Shown here one piece after another: positions 9,072-18,199 of a stretch of DNA of 42,692 bases (within the stretch, counting starts at the first letter, position 1; the number at the start of each line of letters is the position of its first letter). The DNA lies in NCBI GenBank assembly GCA_031375135.1, contig JANMHK010000188.1, positions 1 to 42,692 on the forward strand, written 5' to 3'. The stretch comes from Sphingobacteriales bacterium (lineage in GTDB: Bacteria > Bacteroidota > Bacteroidia > Chitinophagales > Chitinophagaceae). Below the pieces are notes generated by a model. It ran no database searches, had not been told where the DNA came from, and saw nothing but the letters and a program-made list of their open reading frames with translations. The translations under genes were made by a program, and so were the position numbers.

Positions 9072-11453
9072 CTATTCTTTATCTCTCTTACCGAACACCC
9101 GTTCCAGAAACTTCTTCTTTTTCTTAACCGTATCTTCCGCAGTCCTGGATTTAGAATCCGACTTCATAACCGCCTTAGGATCTTTGGCAGGTTTGTCTTC
9201 ATCAACTACTTCTTTTGACTCTGCAGAAGCCTGTTCTGAGCCTGCACTTACGGGAACATCAATGAAATCGGCAGAGCTGCCACCGCCTACATTTTCACCC
9301 TCTGCAGGAGGAGGTTGTTCTCCACCAGTCAGGGCCTGATAATCATAGATGGCTTCATTCCTGATCGTTTCAGGCACTACAAATTTCGCAGCCGGGTCTA
9401 TGTTCAGGGTTTTGTCTTTATAAACTTCCTGGAAGAAATATCCATATGCAGGCATGGCCATCTGTGCACCGCCTGTAGTGTACAAGAGGCGAAGGAAAGG
9501 ATCATCTGCACCAACCCAAACACCTGCAAGCAGTTGTGGTGTAAATCCAATGAACCAACCATCCGCATTATCGTTGGTGGTTCCGGTTTTTCCGGCCATT
9601 TCGCTGGTGATGCCATAGGCTCCGCGTAATGCCCGGCCCGTTCCAAAATCAACAACGCCCTGCATCATTTTAGTCATCACATAGGCATCTGCTTCGCTGA
9701 TCACTTCTTCTCCTTTGGGAGTGAAAGAAGCCAGTACGTTTCCGTTACGATCTTCGATCCTGGTGATGAAATAGGGCTTCACATTAAAACCACGACCAGG
9801 GAACATAGAGTATGCGCGAACCATTTCGATGAGTGAGATATCGGCCGATCCAAGGGCGATAGAAGGCACGGCTGGGACCTTACTTTCAATGCCACACAGC
9901 TTTGCAAATTCAACTGTTCTTTGAACACCGAGTTGATTGATGAGGAAGACGGCACCCGGGTTTTTTGAGTATGCTAAACAGATCGCCATCGGCCCGCCAC
10001 TGCCCGTGATCACTTTATCGCCCATATTAATAGGTCCTCCGGGGAAAGGTGTTTCAGGAGTATAACCGTTGGTTACCCCGAGGGTATAGAGGATAGGTTT
10101 GAAAGTTGATCCAACCTGTCGTTTAGTATTAATATTAACGTGATCAAATTTGAATGTTTTGTGATCGATTCCGCCTACCCATGCTTTCACTTCACCGTTG
10201 TAAGGATCAACCACCAGAAATCCTGTTTGAAGCATGGTTTTATGGTACTTGATGGAGTCCAGGGGAGTCATCACAGTATCCTTCTCCCTTTTCTGATTCC
10301 AGGCAAACACTTTCATGGGCAGTTTCTGATTAAAGCTGGCCCTTATTTCTTCTTCCGAAAGTTCATCCTCTTTCAGGTTCTTCCATCGATCACTTTGTTT
10401 CATCGCATTCTCCAGAACGCGTTTTCCTTCTTTCGTTAACCAGATCGCCCCGCTTTTTATGTTGGATTGATTGGAAAACACTTTCTGAAGGTTTTGCATA
10501 TGCCTGAAAACAGCGATCTCCGCATATTCCTGCATACGGGGGTTAATGGTTGTGTAGATCTTCAGACCATCTTTATAGATATCATAGGGATTACCTGTTT
10601 TTGGATTCTTGTTCTCCTTGCACCATTTCTTCACTTCATCGCGAAGTACATCACGGAAATAAGGTCCAATGCCCGCATTCTCATCCATCTTTTTGTATTT
10701 CAGGTCGATGGGTTTGAGCTTGAGTTTTTCGGCTTCAGCTTCTGGAAGAAAATTGTTCCTCACCATTTGGTCGATCACGGTATTCCGACGGTCCAGCGCG
10801 GCCTTTGGATTCCTTCTTGGGTTATACAAGGTGTTTCCCTTGAGCAGTCCCACCAGCACAGCGGACTCTTCTATGTTTAATCTTGACGGCTCCTTTTGAA
10901 AATATGTTTTTGCGGCATTTCGAATGCCATAGATCTCATCGCCATAGCTGACCATGTTGAGGTATAAGGAGGCGATCTCTTCTTTGGTAAAGTTTCTTTC
11001 CAGTTTGATCGCTACGATCCACTCCTTGAATTTTTCGATGACCCGAATGGCCTTGTTGTTATTGCCCTGGTTAAGCAGGTTTTTAGCCAACTGCTGGGTA
11101 ATGGTGCTCGCGCCACCTTCACTGCCCAGGAAAATGACCGCACGTGCAAGGCTTTTTATATCGATGCCGGAGTGCTGGTAAAACCTTTCGTCTTCGGTGG
11201 AGACCAGAGCTTTAATCACCGTGGGTGAAATATCATTATACTTTACATTGGTCCTGTCTTTCAGGTAGTACTTCCCCATGAGTGTGCCGTCTGAGGCATA
11301 GATCTCGGAAGACGACAGCATGGAAGGATTCTCAAGTTCTGCGAGAGAGGGTAGTTTGCCAAACACACCCAGATATACAGCTATGAGGAAGAGCAAGAAA
11401 ACTCCCCAGCCCCAAATGAATATCTTCCAGAATAATCTTACAGCATTCGACAT
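9072..11453 (-). CDS. mrcA: Class A penicillin-binding protein (PBP1A)
   Basis: Transglycosylase motifs EDERFYQH and GASTITQQ. Transpeptidase motifs STFK, SKN and KTGT. Confidence 0.93.
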   Translation of the reverse strand: MSNAVRLFWKIFIWGWGVFLLFLIAVYLGVFGKLPSLAELENPSMLSSSEIYASDGTLMGKYYLKDRTNVKYNDISPTVIKALVSTEDERFYQHSGIDIKSLARAVIFLGSEGGASTITQQLAKNLLNQGNNNKAIRVIEKFKEWIVAIKLERNFTKEEIASLYLNMVSYGDEIYGIRNAAKTYFQKEPSRLNIEESAVLVGLLKGNTLYNPRRNPKAALDRRNTVIDQMVRNNFLPEAEAEKLKLKPIDLKYKKMDENAGIGPYFRDVLRDEVKKWCKENKNPKTGNPYDIYKDGLKIYTTINPRMQEYAEIAVFRHMQNLQKVFSNQSNIKSGAIWLTKEGKRVLENAMKQSDRWKNLKEDELSEEEIRASFNQKLPMKVFAWNQKREKDTVMTPLDSIKYHKTMLQTGFLVVDPYNGEVKAWVGGIDHKTFKFDHVNINTKRQVGSTFKPILYTLGVTNGYTPETPFPGGPINMGDKVITGSGGPMAICLAYSKNPGAVFLINQLGVQRTVEFAKLCGIESKVPAVPSIALGSADISLIEMVRAYSMFPGRGFNVKPYFITRIEDRNGNVLASFTPKGEEVISEADAYVMTKMMQGVVDFGTGRALRGAYGITSEMAGKTGTTNDNADGWFIGFTPQLLAGVWVGADDPFLRLLYTTGGAQMAMPAYGYFFQEVYKDKTLNIDPAAKFVVPETIRNEAIYDYQALTGGEQPPPAEGENVGGGSSADFIDVPVSAGSEQASAESKEVVDEDKPAKDPKAVMKSDSKSRTAEDTVKKKKKFLERVFGKRDKE

Positions 11454-11480
11454 ATTATCCAATTATTAAAGCAAATATGA

Positions 11481-14400
11481 TTATTTCAACGGAATGTTCT
11501 GTTGCAATAGATCAAGGTATTGTTTCAGATCCTTTCTCGTTTTAAGCAGTTCCAGATTGGTGGTGCTGATCAAGAAGAATGAATACTTCTCTTTGGGTAG
11601 CCAGGGGAAGATCTCAGAAGCTGCACTGCTTTTTGCACGGGTCAGATAATCGTGCGCTTCCACTACACCCTGGAAACTCGCAATGCCGATCATTTTCCGG
11701 GTCTCATCAAAAGCTGAAGTAGTCAGTTCAAGAGTCCTCGCCGTGAATTTGTCCCTGTTATAACGATTCAATGCATTTCTTGCCTCATTCATATACACTA
11801 CGTCCACTTTATCCAGCAGCAGTACAACAAGGTACTGATCAGTAGGTACAAAACTGTAGCCTTCCGCTTTCTTCTCAATGACAGGAGCCTTGAAGTTGGA
11901 AGAGTCGACCTTGACAGCGAGCGGCTGTTTATTTTCAGATTTCACTTCACCTGCTTTTACCGGTGTTTTTGAAACCTGCTCTTTTATTTTAGGAACTTCA
12001 GGTGCCGTGAGTTCAGGTTTCTTCACGGTCAGCTTCTCTTGACCGGCAGTTACTGCTGAAGTCTTTTTTACTGCTGCTTTTTCAGTATCCATGCTTACGG
12101 TAAAACTGTCTTCCTGAGCTCTTTCAATGGTGAGGTTGGTCAGGTAATTCTCGATATCAGCCCGGCGTTGCAGTACATCGATCATATTCCGTGCCTTTTG
12201 ACCCATGGGTGATTCCGGATACAGGGAGATCAATTTATTAAGTGTGGATATCGCAGTACTATCGTCACGCTGCTTGATATAATAGATCGATTCAATATAG
12301 AGCAGTTGGGGGGTCCAGAAATTTTCTCCATAGCTGCTGTCGGCTTTCTTTTTTTCCACAACTGCTTTGTTAAAATCTCCTTCTATAAAAGAGGTGTAAA
12401 CTTCTTCATATTTTTTTGTCGCTGCCGTAGACAGGGCCTTGTTTTCTGCATCTGCTTTCCTCGGGTCGTTGATCATTCGCAGGAACTTGCTTTGCGCAAA
12501 GTTCTTAGCTATATAATCTTTGTAAAACTTAGCCTTGTCTGCGTTTCCGATTTTCTGGTTGCAATAGTACAATCCAAACAACGCTTCTTCTGCATAAATG
12601 GACTGCGGATACCTGTTGAGCAATTCTTCATTGTTGGAGATCAGGGATTCACAGTCTCCTGTTTTTTCCCTGAATATCTTGCCGAGTTCATGCAGTGCCA
12701 TCGCTATAGAATCGTTAGACGCCTGAGCCATTTCGGGAGTAAGCGGGATATTCGCAGAAAGTGCTTCGGTGGTCAGTTCACTCGGTATCGTTTTACTATT
12801 TGCGGCGCCCGAAGTGCTTATTGGAACAATATCTTTTCTGGCAGGGGGTTGGAGCGCCAATGCCTGTTGCGAGATGGCCGATGCGCGCCGCCAGTTATCA
12901 ACATTAGGCCGGTTTCCCCAGGATGATTTAAAATCTCTCGAGCCCCTGGACTTCATGGATGAGTTATAAAAGTACCATTCGCCTTTGCTGCTGTTATCGG
13001 CAAACAGATCGGCAGGCTGGTCTTGTTTTGTGGGATCTACTACGGAGCTGGTGCCGCCCATAAACGAAGCCTGGTTAGCAGCTTCTTCTTTGAGGCCTTT
13101 TTCTTTCCTAAGTTTTCTCACCAACCCTTTCACATAGGCTATTCGTTCCTGTTCAGGCATCCCTGCAATCCGCAGTAAACTGTCTTCTACCCTGATGGTC
13201 TCATACTGATGGATGATTTCGGCGAGCAGGAGTTTGCGGTCCTGGATCCTGTCCGGTTCCAGTATGGCAGGATCGTTAAGCTCCACACTGTCGTAACCCA
13301 TCGCGGCCAACTTGTACTTTCTGCGTTCAAATGCCAGATCTGCGAGTTCGAGATAAGCCTTGTTCTTAAAACCAGGATCCGTTGTGCTATTCAACCCAGC
13401 CAGTTTTAGGTAATTGATGGCAGGATCATACTGCTCCCTGGACAATTCCATTTGCGCGGCTGCATAATAGATGATGTGTTTGTATTCTTCATACTTATAT
13501 TTCTTCACCATCTTCATCAGCTCTTCAATGTTCTGCTGAATTCTTTTTTCCTCATCTTCACCCGTGATCAGCCTGATTCGACTGATGCGCGCATAGGCTT
13601 CCATAATAGGATCCGTAGTATGGTTAATTACTTTATCATACCATTCATCGGCTTCGGCGGGTTTCTTAGTGATCTCGTTTAATTGGGCCAGCAAATATTC
13701 CCAGCGTGCCTTTTCCTGGATATCGGCAGCATTATCCAGCGCCTGAACCAGATACAGGGCGGCACTGTCGTACGCTTCCTGGGTATAGTGCAGATAAGCT
13801 TTCAGTTCATTCAGATCCGGATCAAGCCTTTTAGGAAAATTGGCGTCACGGCCCAGGGTCTCAATCATGCTCCAGGCTTCACCATACATCCCTTTTTCAA
13901 TAAAGGTGCGGGTGAGCCAGACCAGAGATTCGTTTCTGGCCGGGGTATGGCCGAGCGCTTTAGCGGCTATGTTATTTTTCTCTTTGGAAGAAATGGTGTA
14001 GACGTTACCCGTTTCATTGGTATTGCTGCCTATGTATTTGACGTTTCCGATCTCGTCTTTTTTTCGGGGTTGAAAAGCGTAGTTGACGTACTGGAAACTG
14101 ATGGCCGCGGAATCGAAATTCTTTTTATAAAAATAAGCCCGGCCCATCATCAGGTAGAGGTCGTCCACCCAATCATTTCTAAGGTCGTGCAGGAGGATCG
14201 CATCGTTGCATGTCAGTAAAACAGAATCGAGGTCCCTGCCCTGGGAGGCCGTGCCATCGAGGGTATAATTGTAAAAGGGGAGGAGCTGAGAGAAATTATC
14301 TTTAAAACCGCTGCGCGCATTAAAAAGGATCTCGTTGATCTTTCGTTCCGAATTAAAATAAAAATTATATCTCGTATTGAGGTTCTGCCCGGCTTTCTTA

Positions 14401-14573
14401 ATGGGGTTCAGCGGTTTGTCAGTGGGCTTTTCCGATGCCAGCGTCCGGTTCTCGTATTTCTTGGGTTTATCTAATTTAACAGCTGCGCCTGGCTGTGCCA
14501 TGGGCAGCAGGGGCAAGAGCATAGATAGCAGCAGGATATGCCAGCCGGACCTGGATTTTTTGATCAGGATCAA
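11481..14573 (-). CDS. sprE: T9SS/gliding TPR protein SprE (PorW)
   Basis: TRYNFYFN N-terminal motif, TPR arrays, WYFYN...F...WGNRPNVDNWRR motif, and neighbouring bactofilin/AtpZ-like genes. TTG start uncertain. Confidence 0.8.
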   Translation of the reverse strand: MILIKKSRSGWHILLLSMLLPLLPMAQPGAAVKLDKPKKYENRTLASEKPTDKPLNPIKKAGQNLNTRYNFYFNSERKINEILFNARSGFKDNFSQLLPFYNYTLDGTASQGRDLDSVLLTCNDAILLHDLRNDWVDDLYLMMGRAYFYKKNFDSAAISFQYVNYAFQPRKKDEIGNVKYIGSNTNETGNVYTISSKEKNNIAAKALGHTPARNESLVWLTRTFIEKGMYGEAWSMIETLGRDANFPKRLDPDLNELKAYLHYTQEAYDSAALYLVQALDNAADIQEKARWEYLLAQLNEITKKPAEADEWYDKVINHTTDPIMEAYARISRIRLITGEDEEKRIQQNIEELMKMVKKYKYEEYKHIIYYAAAQMELSREQYDPAINYLKLAGLNSTTDPGFKNKAYLELADLAFERRKYKLAAMGYDSVELNDPAILEPDRIQDRKLLLAEIIHQYETIRVEDSLLRIAGMPEQERIAYVKGLVRKLRKEKGLKEEAANQASFMGGTSSVVDPTKQDQPADLFADNSSKGEWYFYNSSMKSRGSRDFKSSWGNRPNVDNWRRASAISQQALALQPPARKDIVPISTSGAANSKTIPSELTTEALSANIPLTPEMAQASNDSIAMALHELGKIFREKTGDCESLISNNEELLNRYPQSIYAEEALFGLYYCNQKIGNADKAKFYKDYIAKNFAQSKFLRMINDPRKADAENKALSTAATKKYEEVYTSFIEGDFNKAVVEKKKADSSYGENFWTPQLLYIESIYYIKQRDDSTAISTLNKLISLYPESPMGQKARNMIDVLQRRADIENYLTNLTIERAQEDSFTVSMDTEKAAVKKTSAVTAGQEKLTVKKPELTAPEVPKIKEQVSKTPVKAGEVKSENKQPLAVKVDSSNFKAPVIEKKAEGYSFVPTDQYLVVLLLDKVDVVYMNEARNALNRYNRDKFTARTLELTTSAFDETRKMIGIASFQGVVEAHDYLTRAKSSAASEIFPWLPKEKYSFFLISTTNLELLKTRKDLKQYLDLLQQNIPLK

Positions 14574-14743
14574 CGAAACAATGATTTAGCGTAAATGTAA
14601 ATTCGAATCGGCTGATTTTGTAGGTGTTGTGTGTTAAATATAACGCACGGGAAGAAAGAATAGTATTATTTGCCCGACCAAATATAGCCATTTCTCCCGC
14701 CAACAATAAATTACCTTATTTTGCCGTATAAGTAAAGCAGGGA

Positions 14744-15142
14744 ATGGCGAAACTGATAGATACGAAGGCCACCTTAAGGCGGTTGAGGAACAGGTACCGG
14801 TTGGTGATCATGAATGACGATACCTACGAGGAGGTTGCTACCTTCAAACTCAACAGGTTAAGTGTTTATGTGGCCTTGTGTACAGTTTTTGTGGTGTTGG
14901 TGGGGCTCACGGTGGCGTTGATCGTGTTCACCCCCCTAAAATATTATATCCCGGGTTATGGCGACCAGGCGGAACGTAGGTTTATGATCGATATGAAGAT
15001 CAAGGCCGACTCCCTGGAGCAGCAGTTGAAGCATAGAGAAGCATACTGGGAGAATGTAAAAAAAGTTTTAAGCGGCGATGTTACTGACAAATCGGATACA
15101 TCGACACTTTCGATACCCAATCTTGAGAAATCCACTGACTGA
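14744..15142 (+). CDS. Single-pass membrane protein resembling the N-terminus of Bacteroidota M23 peptidases, with no M23 domain
   Basis: YRLVIMNDDTYEE...TM...FTPLKYYIPGY followed by a coiled coil. No HxxxD/HxH motifs. Confidence 0.7.
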   Translation: MAKLIDTKATLRRLRNRYRLVIMNDDTYEEVATFKLNRLSVYVALCTVFVVLVGLTVALIVFTPLKYYIPGYGDQAERRFMIDMKIKADSLEQQLKHREAYWENVKKVLSGDVTDKSDTSTLSIPNLEKSTD

Positions 15143-15155
15143 AAAATCTAATCTT

Positions 15156-15566
15156 ATGTTTTCCAAAAGCTCAAAAACGGACCACGACAAAGTCATCCCT
15201 TCCGGGAATACTTTAATTGGAACAGGTACCACCATTACCGGCGATATTGTAAGCAGCGGCGACGTGCGGATCGATGGTATCCTGAAAGGGAATATTCGCG
15301 GCAGTGCGAAGATCCTTATCGGGGAGGACGGGGTAGTGGATGGCGATATTGAGGGCCTTCATGCCGATATCATGGGTAAGGTCCAGGGAAAGATCGCGGT
15401 AAAGGAACTATTGAACCTTCGCGCTAGTGCGGTGATCAAAGGGGATATCAGGGCCGGAAAACTTCAGATAGAGCCCACGGTAGTCTTTAATGGCCAATGC
15501 CAGATGGGTGAGGCCAGTGTAGTGGAGATGGCCAAGGATGAGTTTAAACATGCCATTGCCAAATAG
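15156..15566 (+). CDS. Bactofilin (polymer-forming cytoskeletal protein)
   Basis: MFSK N-terminus and beta-helical TLIGxGT.I.GDI...G..RIDG repeats, ending in FNGQCQM. Confidence 0.92.
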   Translation: MFSKSSKTDHDKVIPSGNTLIGTGTTITGDIVSSGDVRIDGILKGNIRGSAKILIGEDGVVDGDIEGLHADIMGKVQGKIAVKELLNLRASAVIKGDIRAGKLQIEPTVVFNGQCQMGEASVVEMAKDEFKHAIAK

Positions 15567-15771
15567 CCAGGAGCCCGGGAATAAGAATAATTTGATACAA
15601 TATGCAGGGATGGCCTTTCAGTTTCTGGGCGCCATCGGTATTGCCGTATTTGTTGGACTAAAAGCAGATCAGGCCCTGAACTGGAGAATGCCCGTATGGG
15701 TTTGGGTATTACCTTTACTCGTTATTACGGGGATGATCATCGGGGTCATCCGGAACAGTTCAAAAAAATAA
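15538..15771 (+). CDS. AtpZ/AtpI-family small membrane protein
   Basis: YAGMAFQ...VFVGLKAD and two TM helices. Start may be 15550. Confidence 0.7.
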   Translation: MSLNMPLPNSQEPGNKNNLIQYAGMAFQFLGAIGIAVFVGLKADQALNWRMPVWVWVLPLLVITGMIIGVIRNSSKK

Positions 15772-15774
15772 ATT

Positions 15775-16173
15775 ATGCTGAAAGGGTCTCCCGCCCGTCC
15801 GATCATCTTGTTGTTTATCGTTCTAAATGCCCTGGTCATTGTTTTCCGCCGTTCACTCACCAGTGAAGGTTTTTTTGTTGACATGCTGATCATTGGCAAT
15901 ATCATCCTTTTTGCCATGACTATTTTGTCGTTTTTCCTGCTGTATAAAGGCATGAAAGCAACTTCTACCCCCGCTTTCCTTCGATCCATATACGGAAGTT
16001 TTATGATCAAATTTTTTGTGGTCATCGTTGCGGTATTCGGATATGCGTTCCTGAATAAAGGCAATATCAATAAGCATAGCCTGTTCACCCTCATGTTCCT
16101 TTACCTGGTTTATACTTTTCTGGAAATGAAGACATTGATGAAGTTGAGCAGGAAAGAGAATCTTCATGGCTAA
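15775..16173 (+). CDS. Four-TM membrane protein, ATP synthase I-like
   Basis: Four hydrophobic helices, GSFMIKFF and YLVYTFLE motifs, directly after the AtpZ-like gene. Confidence 0.55.
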   Translation: MLKGSPARPIILLFIVLNALVIVFRRSLTSEGFFVDMLIIGNIILFAMTILSFFLLYKGMKATSTPAFLRSIYGSFMIKFFVVIVAVFGYAFLNKGNINKHSLFTLMFLYLVYTFLEMKTLMKLSRKENLHG

Positions 16174-16792
16174 ACAACAAGCCCCCCTCGAAGCCCTAAA
16201 ACAATTCCTGCCCGAAGGAACCTTTGAGCTGGTATCAGCCTATCTACATTCCCACAAGATCCATTTAACGGTAACGCGTGAACGAAGTTCCGTATTGGGC
16301 GATTATCGGAATGCCATTGGCGGGAAAAACCACCGCATTTCTGTCAATGGAAATCTTAATTCATACGCATTCCTCTACACCCTCATCCATGAAATCGCAC
16401 ACCTGCTGGTGTTTGATCACTATGGCCATCGGGTAGCTTCACATGGGAAAGAATGGAAGCAACAATTTTCGAAGTTGTTGAAAGATTTTTTGGCGGAAGA
16501 TGTGTTCCCTGCAGATATAAGAAATGCCATCGCCGTTTCACTGCATAACCCTGCAGCGAGCAGCTGTGCAGAAGACGATCTGCTAAGGGTTTTCAGGAAG
16601 TACGACAAAGGCAAACGGGATATGTTTTTTGTAGAGGAAATTGACCAGGGAGAGTTGTTCTCATTAAAAGACGGTCGTATTTTCAGAAGAGGCCCCAAAG
16701 TGCGGAAAAGATATAAATGTGTGGAAGTTTCCAGCAGAAAGGAATATTTGTTCAGTCCTGTGTATGAGGTCAAAAAAATGGCGGCCGGTTAA
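16166..16792 (+). CDS. SprT-like zinc metalloprotease domain protein
   Basis: HEIAH and HGKEWK motifs. Confidence 0.88.
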   Translation: MAKQQAPLEALKQFLPEGTFELVSAYLHSHKIHLTVTRERSSVLGDYRNAIGGKNHRISVNGNLNSYAFLYTLIHEIAHLLVFDHYGHRVASHGKEWKQQFSKLLKDFLAEDVFPADIRNAIAVSLHNPAASSCAEDDLLRVFRKYDKGKRDMFFVEEIDQGELFSLKDGRIFRRGPKVRKRYKCVEVSSRKEYLFSPVYEVKKMAAG

Positions 16793-16798
16793 ATGAAG

Positions 16799-17302
16799 TT
16801 ACTCATTTAGGATTTTAAGCATCCAGCATTCACATCCGAAATGCCCTGTATTACCCATCGGACCATTCAGGTATTCGAATCCAAAAAGTTCATACACTTT
16901 TAATGCTTTCTTCAGTTCCGGCATTGATTCAATGTAGACTTTCTTAAAACCTTTTTCTCTTGCTGCTGAAAGGCATTCGCTGATCAGCTGCTTGCCCAAG
17001 CCAATTCCTCGCACTTCGGGAATCAGGTACATCTTGACCAGTTCACAGGTGTCGGCCGGTAATCCATCTGATGGGTAAATGCCTCCGCCACCCACGATGC
17101 GGTTTTCGAGGACTGCAACATTGTACATAGAACCTGGCTGGAGAAAAACATCCGAAAGATGATCAGTTGTTGGATCGTAGTAGACGGTTCCGGGATGGTT
17201 GGCGCCAAACTCAGCAAGGGTGTCCCTGATCACTTTGGCTAAAGCGGCGTTGTCATCTTCTGTAATGGGCCTGATGGTAATATCCTGTAGGGTCAACAGC
17301 AT
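16799..17302 (-). CDS. GNAT-family N-acetyltransferase (YjgM-like)
   Basis: CELVKMY, RGIGLG acetyl-CoA motif, YELFGF, and GNTGH. Confidence 0.9.
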   Translation of the reverse strand: MLLTLQDITIRPITEDDNAALAKVIRDTLAEFGANHPGTVYYDPTTDHLSDVFLQPGSMYNVAVLENRIVGGGGIYPSDGLPADTCELVKMYLIPEVRGIGLGKQLISECLSAAREKGFKKVYIESMPELKKALKVYELFGFEYLNGPMGNTGHFGCECWMLKILNE

Positions 17303-17312
17303 CTACAAAAAT

Positions 17313-17336
17313 AAAAAAAAGGGGCCAAAAGCCCCT
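17313..17336 (-). terminator. Intrinsic terminator after the lipoprotein gene
   Basis: On the minus strand, AGGGGC-ttttg-GCCCCT followed by a T run. Confidence 0.75.
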
Positions 17337-17360
17337 GATAGAAATATGGGTTAGAAAAAT

Positions 17361-17837
17361 TTATTGAGCAGTAAATACAATGGTTGCCGTAAACGTTGTT
17401 CCGTTTGAAACCTGGGTTCCCGATATTCTGAAGCTCGTACTGGTCAGTTCGCGGATCGTAAGGGTTTCTGCAGGTTCAGCCGAATCGTCAATGATGATCT
17501 TGGTCTCATTCTCGGTCAATTGCCATGTGCCTGAAGAGACTACATTGGGATCAGTACTCACACACTTGGTTGAGCCTTCTACAACGGTATAAGTTCCATT
17601 TGCACTGAACTGCCAAATATTGTCTTTGTCGCAGGCTTCAAAAAAACTATTGAAGACGCTCACCTCTGGTGTGCCCGCCTGAGCAGCCAGCAGGTCGGTC
17701 TGGATCCAGTTCCGGGCGATCAGGGATGCCTTTGAAATAGTCTTTGTGCTGTCATCTTTACCACAGGAGGCAAATGACAATAGGAGCGCAAGAGTGAGGG
17801 CTCCGGTCAATCTGATTAGGTTGCTGTTCATGTACAT
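17361..17837 (-). CDS. Lipocalin-like domain lipoprotein
   Basis: Lipobox FASC, LIARNW, ACDKDN..F..NG, and GTWQL motifs. Confidence 0.75.
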   Translation of the reverse strand: MYMNSNLIRLTGALTLALLLSFASCGKDDSTKTISKASLIARNWIQTDLLAAQAGTPEVSVFNSFFEACDKDNIWQFSANGTYTVVEGSTKCVSTDPNVVSSGTWQLTENETKIIIDDSAEPAETLTIRELTSTSFRISGTQVSNGTTFTATIVFTAQ

Positions 17838-18091
17838 CTTTTGGATGAACTGATAAAACGTATGCCGTGAGCATTTATTGCCCCCGGGGTTGCCACAAAG
17901 CTATGTTTGATATCATTGCAGTTGGCAGCCACTGGTAAAACCGGCGACTGACATCTATGAGATTGCGCAATACTGTAACTTTGTTTTGTTCGTGTGGTGC
18001 AGCATGATGATACACTGAAAGCAAATCTACTGCTGATAGATCAGGAGATCGCTACGCATAATATTGAGGACGTAGCCAACGTTGTAACGGA

Positions 18092-18199
18092 GTGAAACAA
18101 TGCGGCATAGGAAAATACAGCTATCGCAACGGGTAAGGGTACGATGACTGGGTAATGTATGATGAATATGGAAAACGCAAAAAGAAGAATATAGCCTAA
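18092..18199 (+). pseudogene. Possible degenerate MORN/YwqK-like gene remnant
   Basis: Frame reads VKQCGIGKYSYRNG*GYDDWVMYDEYGKRKKKNIA* with one internal TAA. Final TAA overlaps the flippase ATG. Confidence 0.25.

Noticed and set aside
12306-14219. Long antisense ORFs within sprE (206 aa, 178 aa)
   Set aside because: No recognisable motifs and fully antisense to a well-supported gene.
17851-17868. Possible sigma-54 promoter for the lipoprotein gene (GGCATACGTTTTAT on the minus strand)
   Set aside because: The -12 element does not match, so support is too weak.
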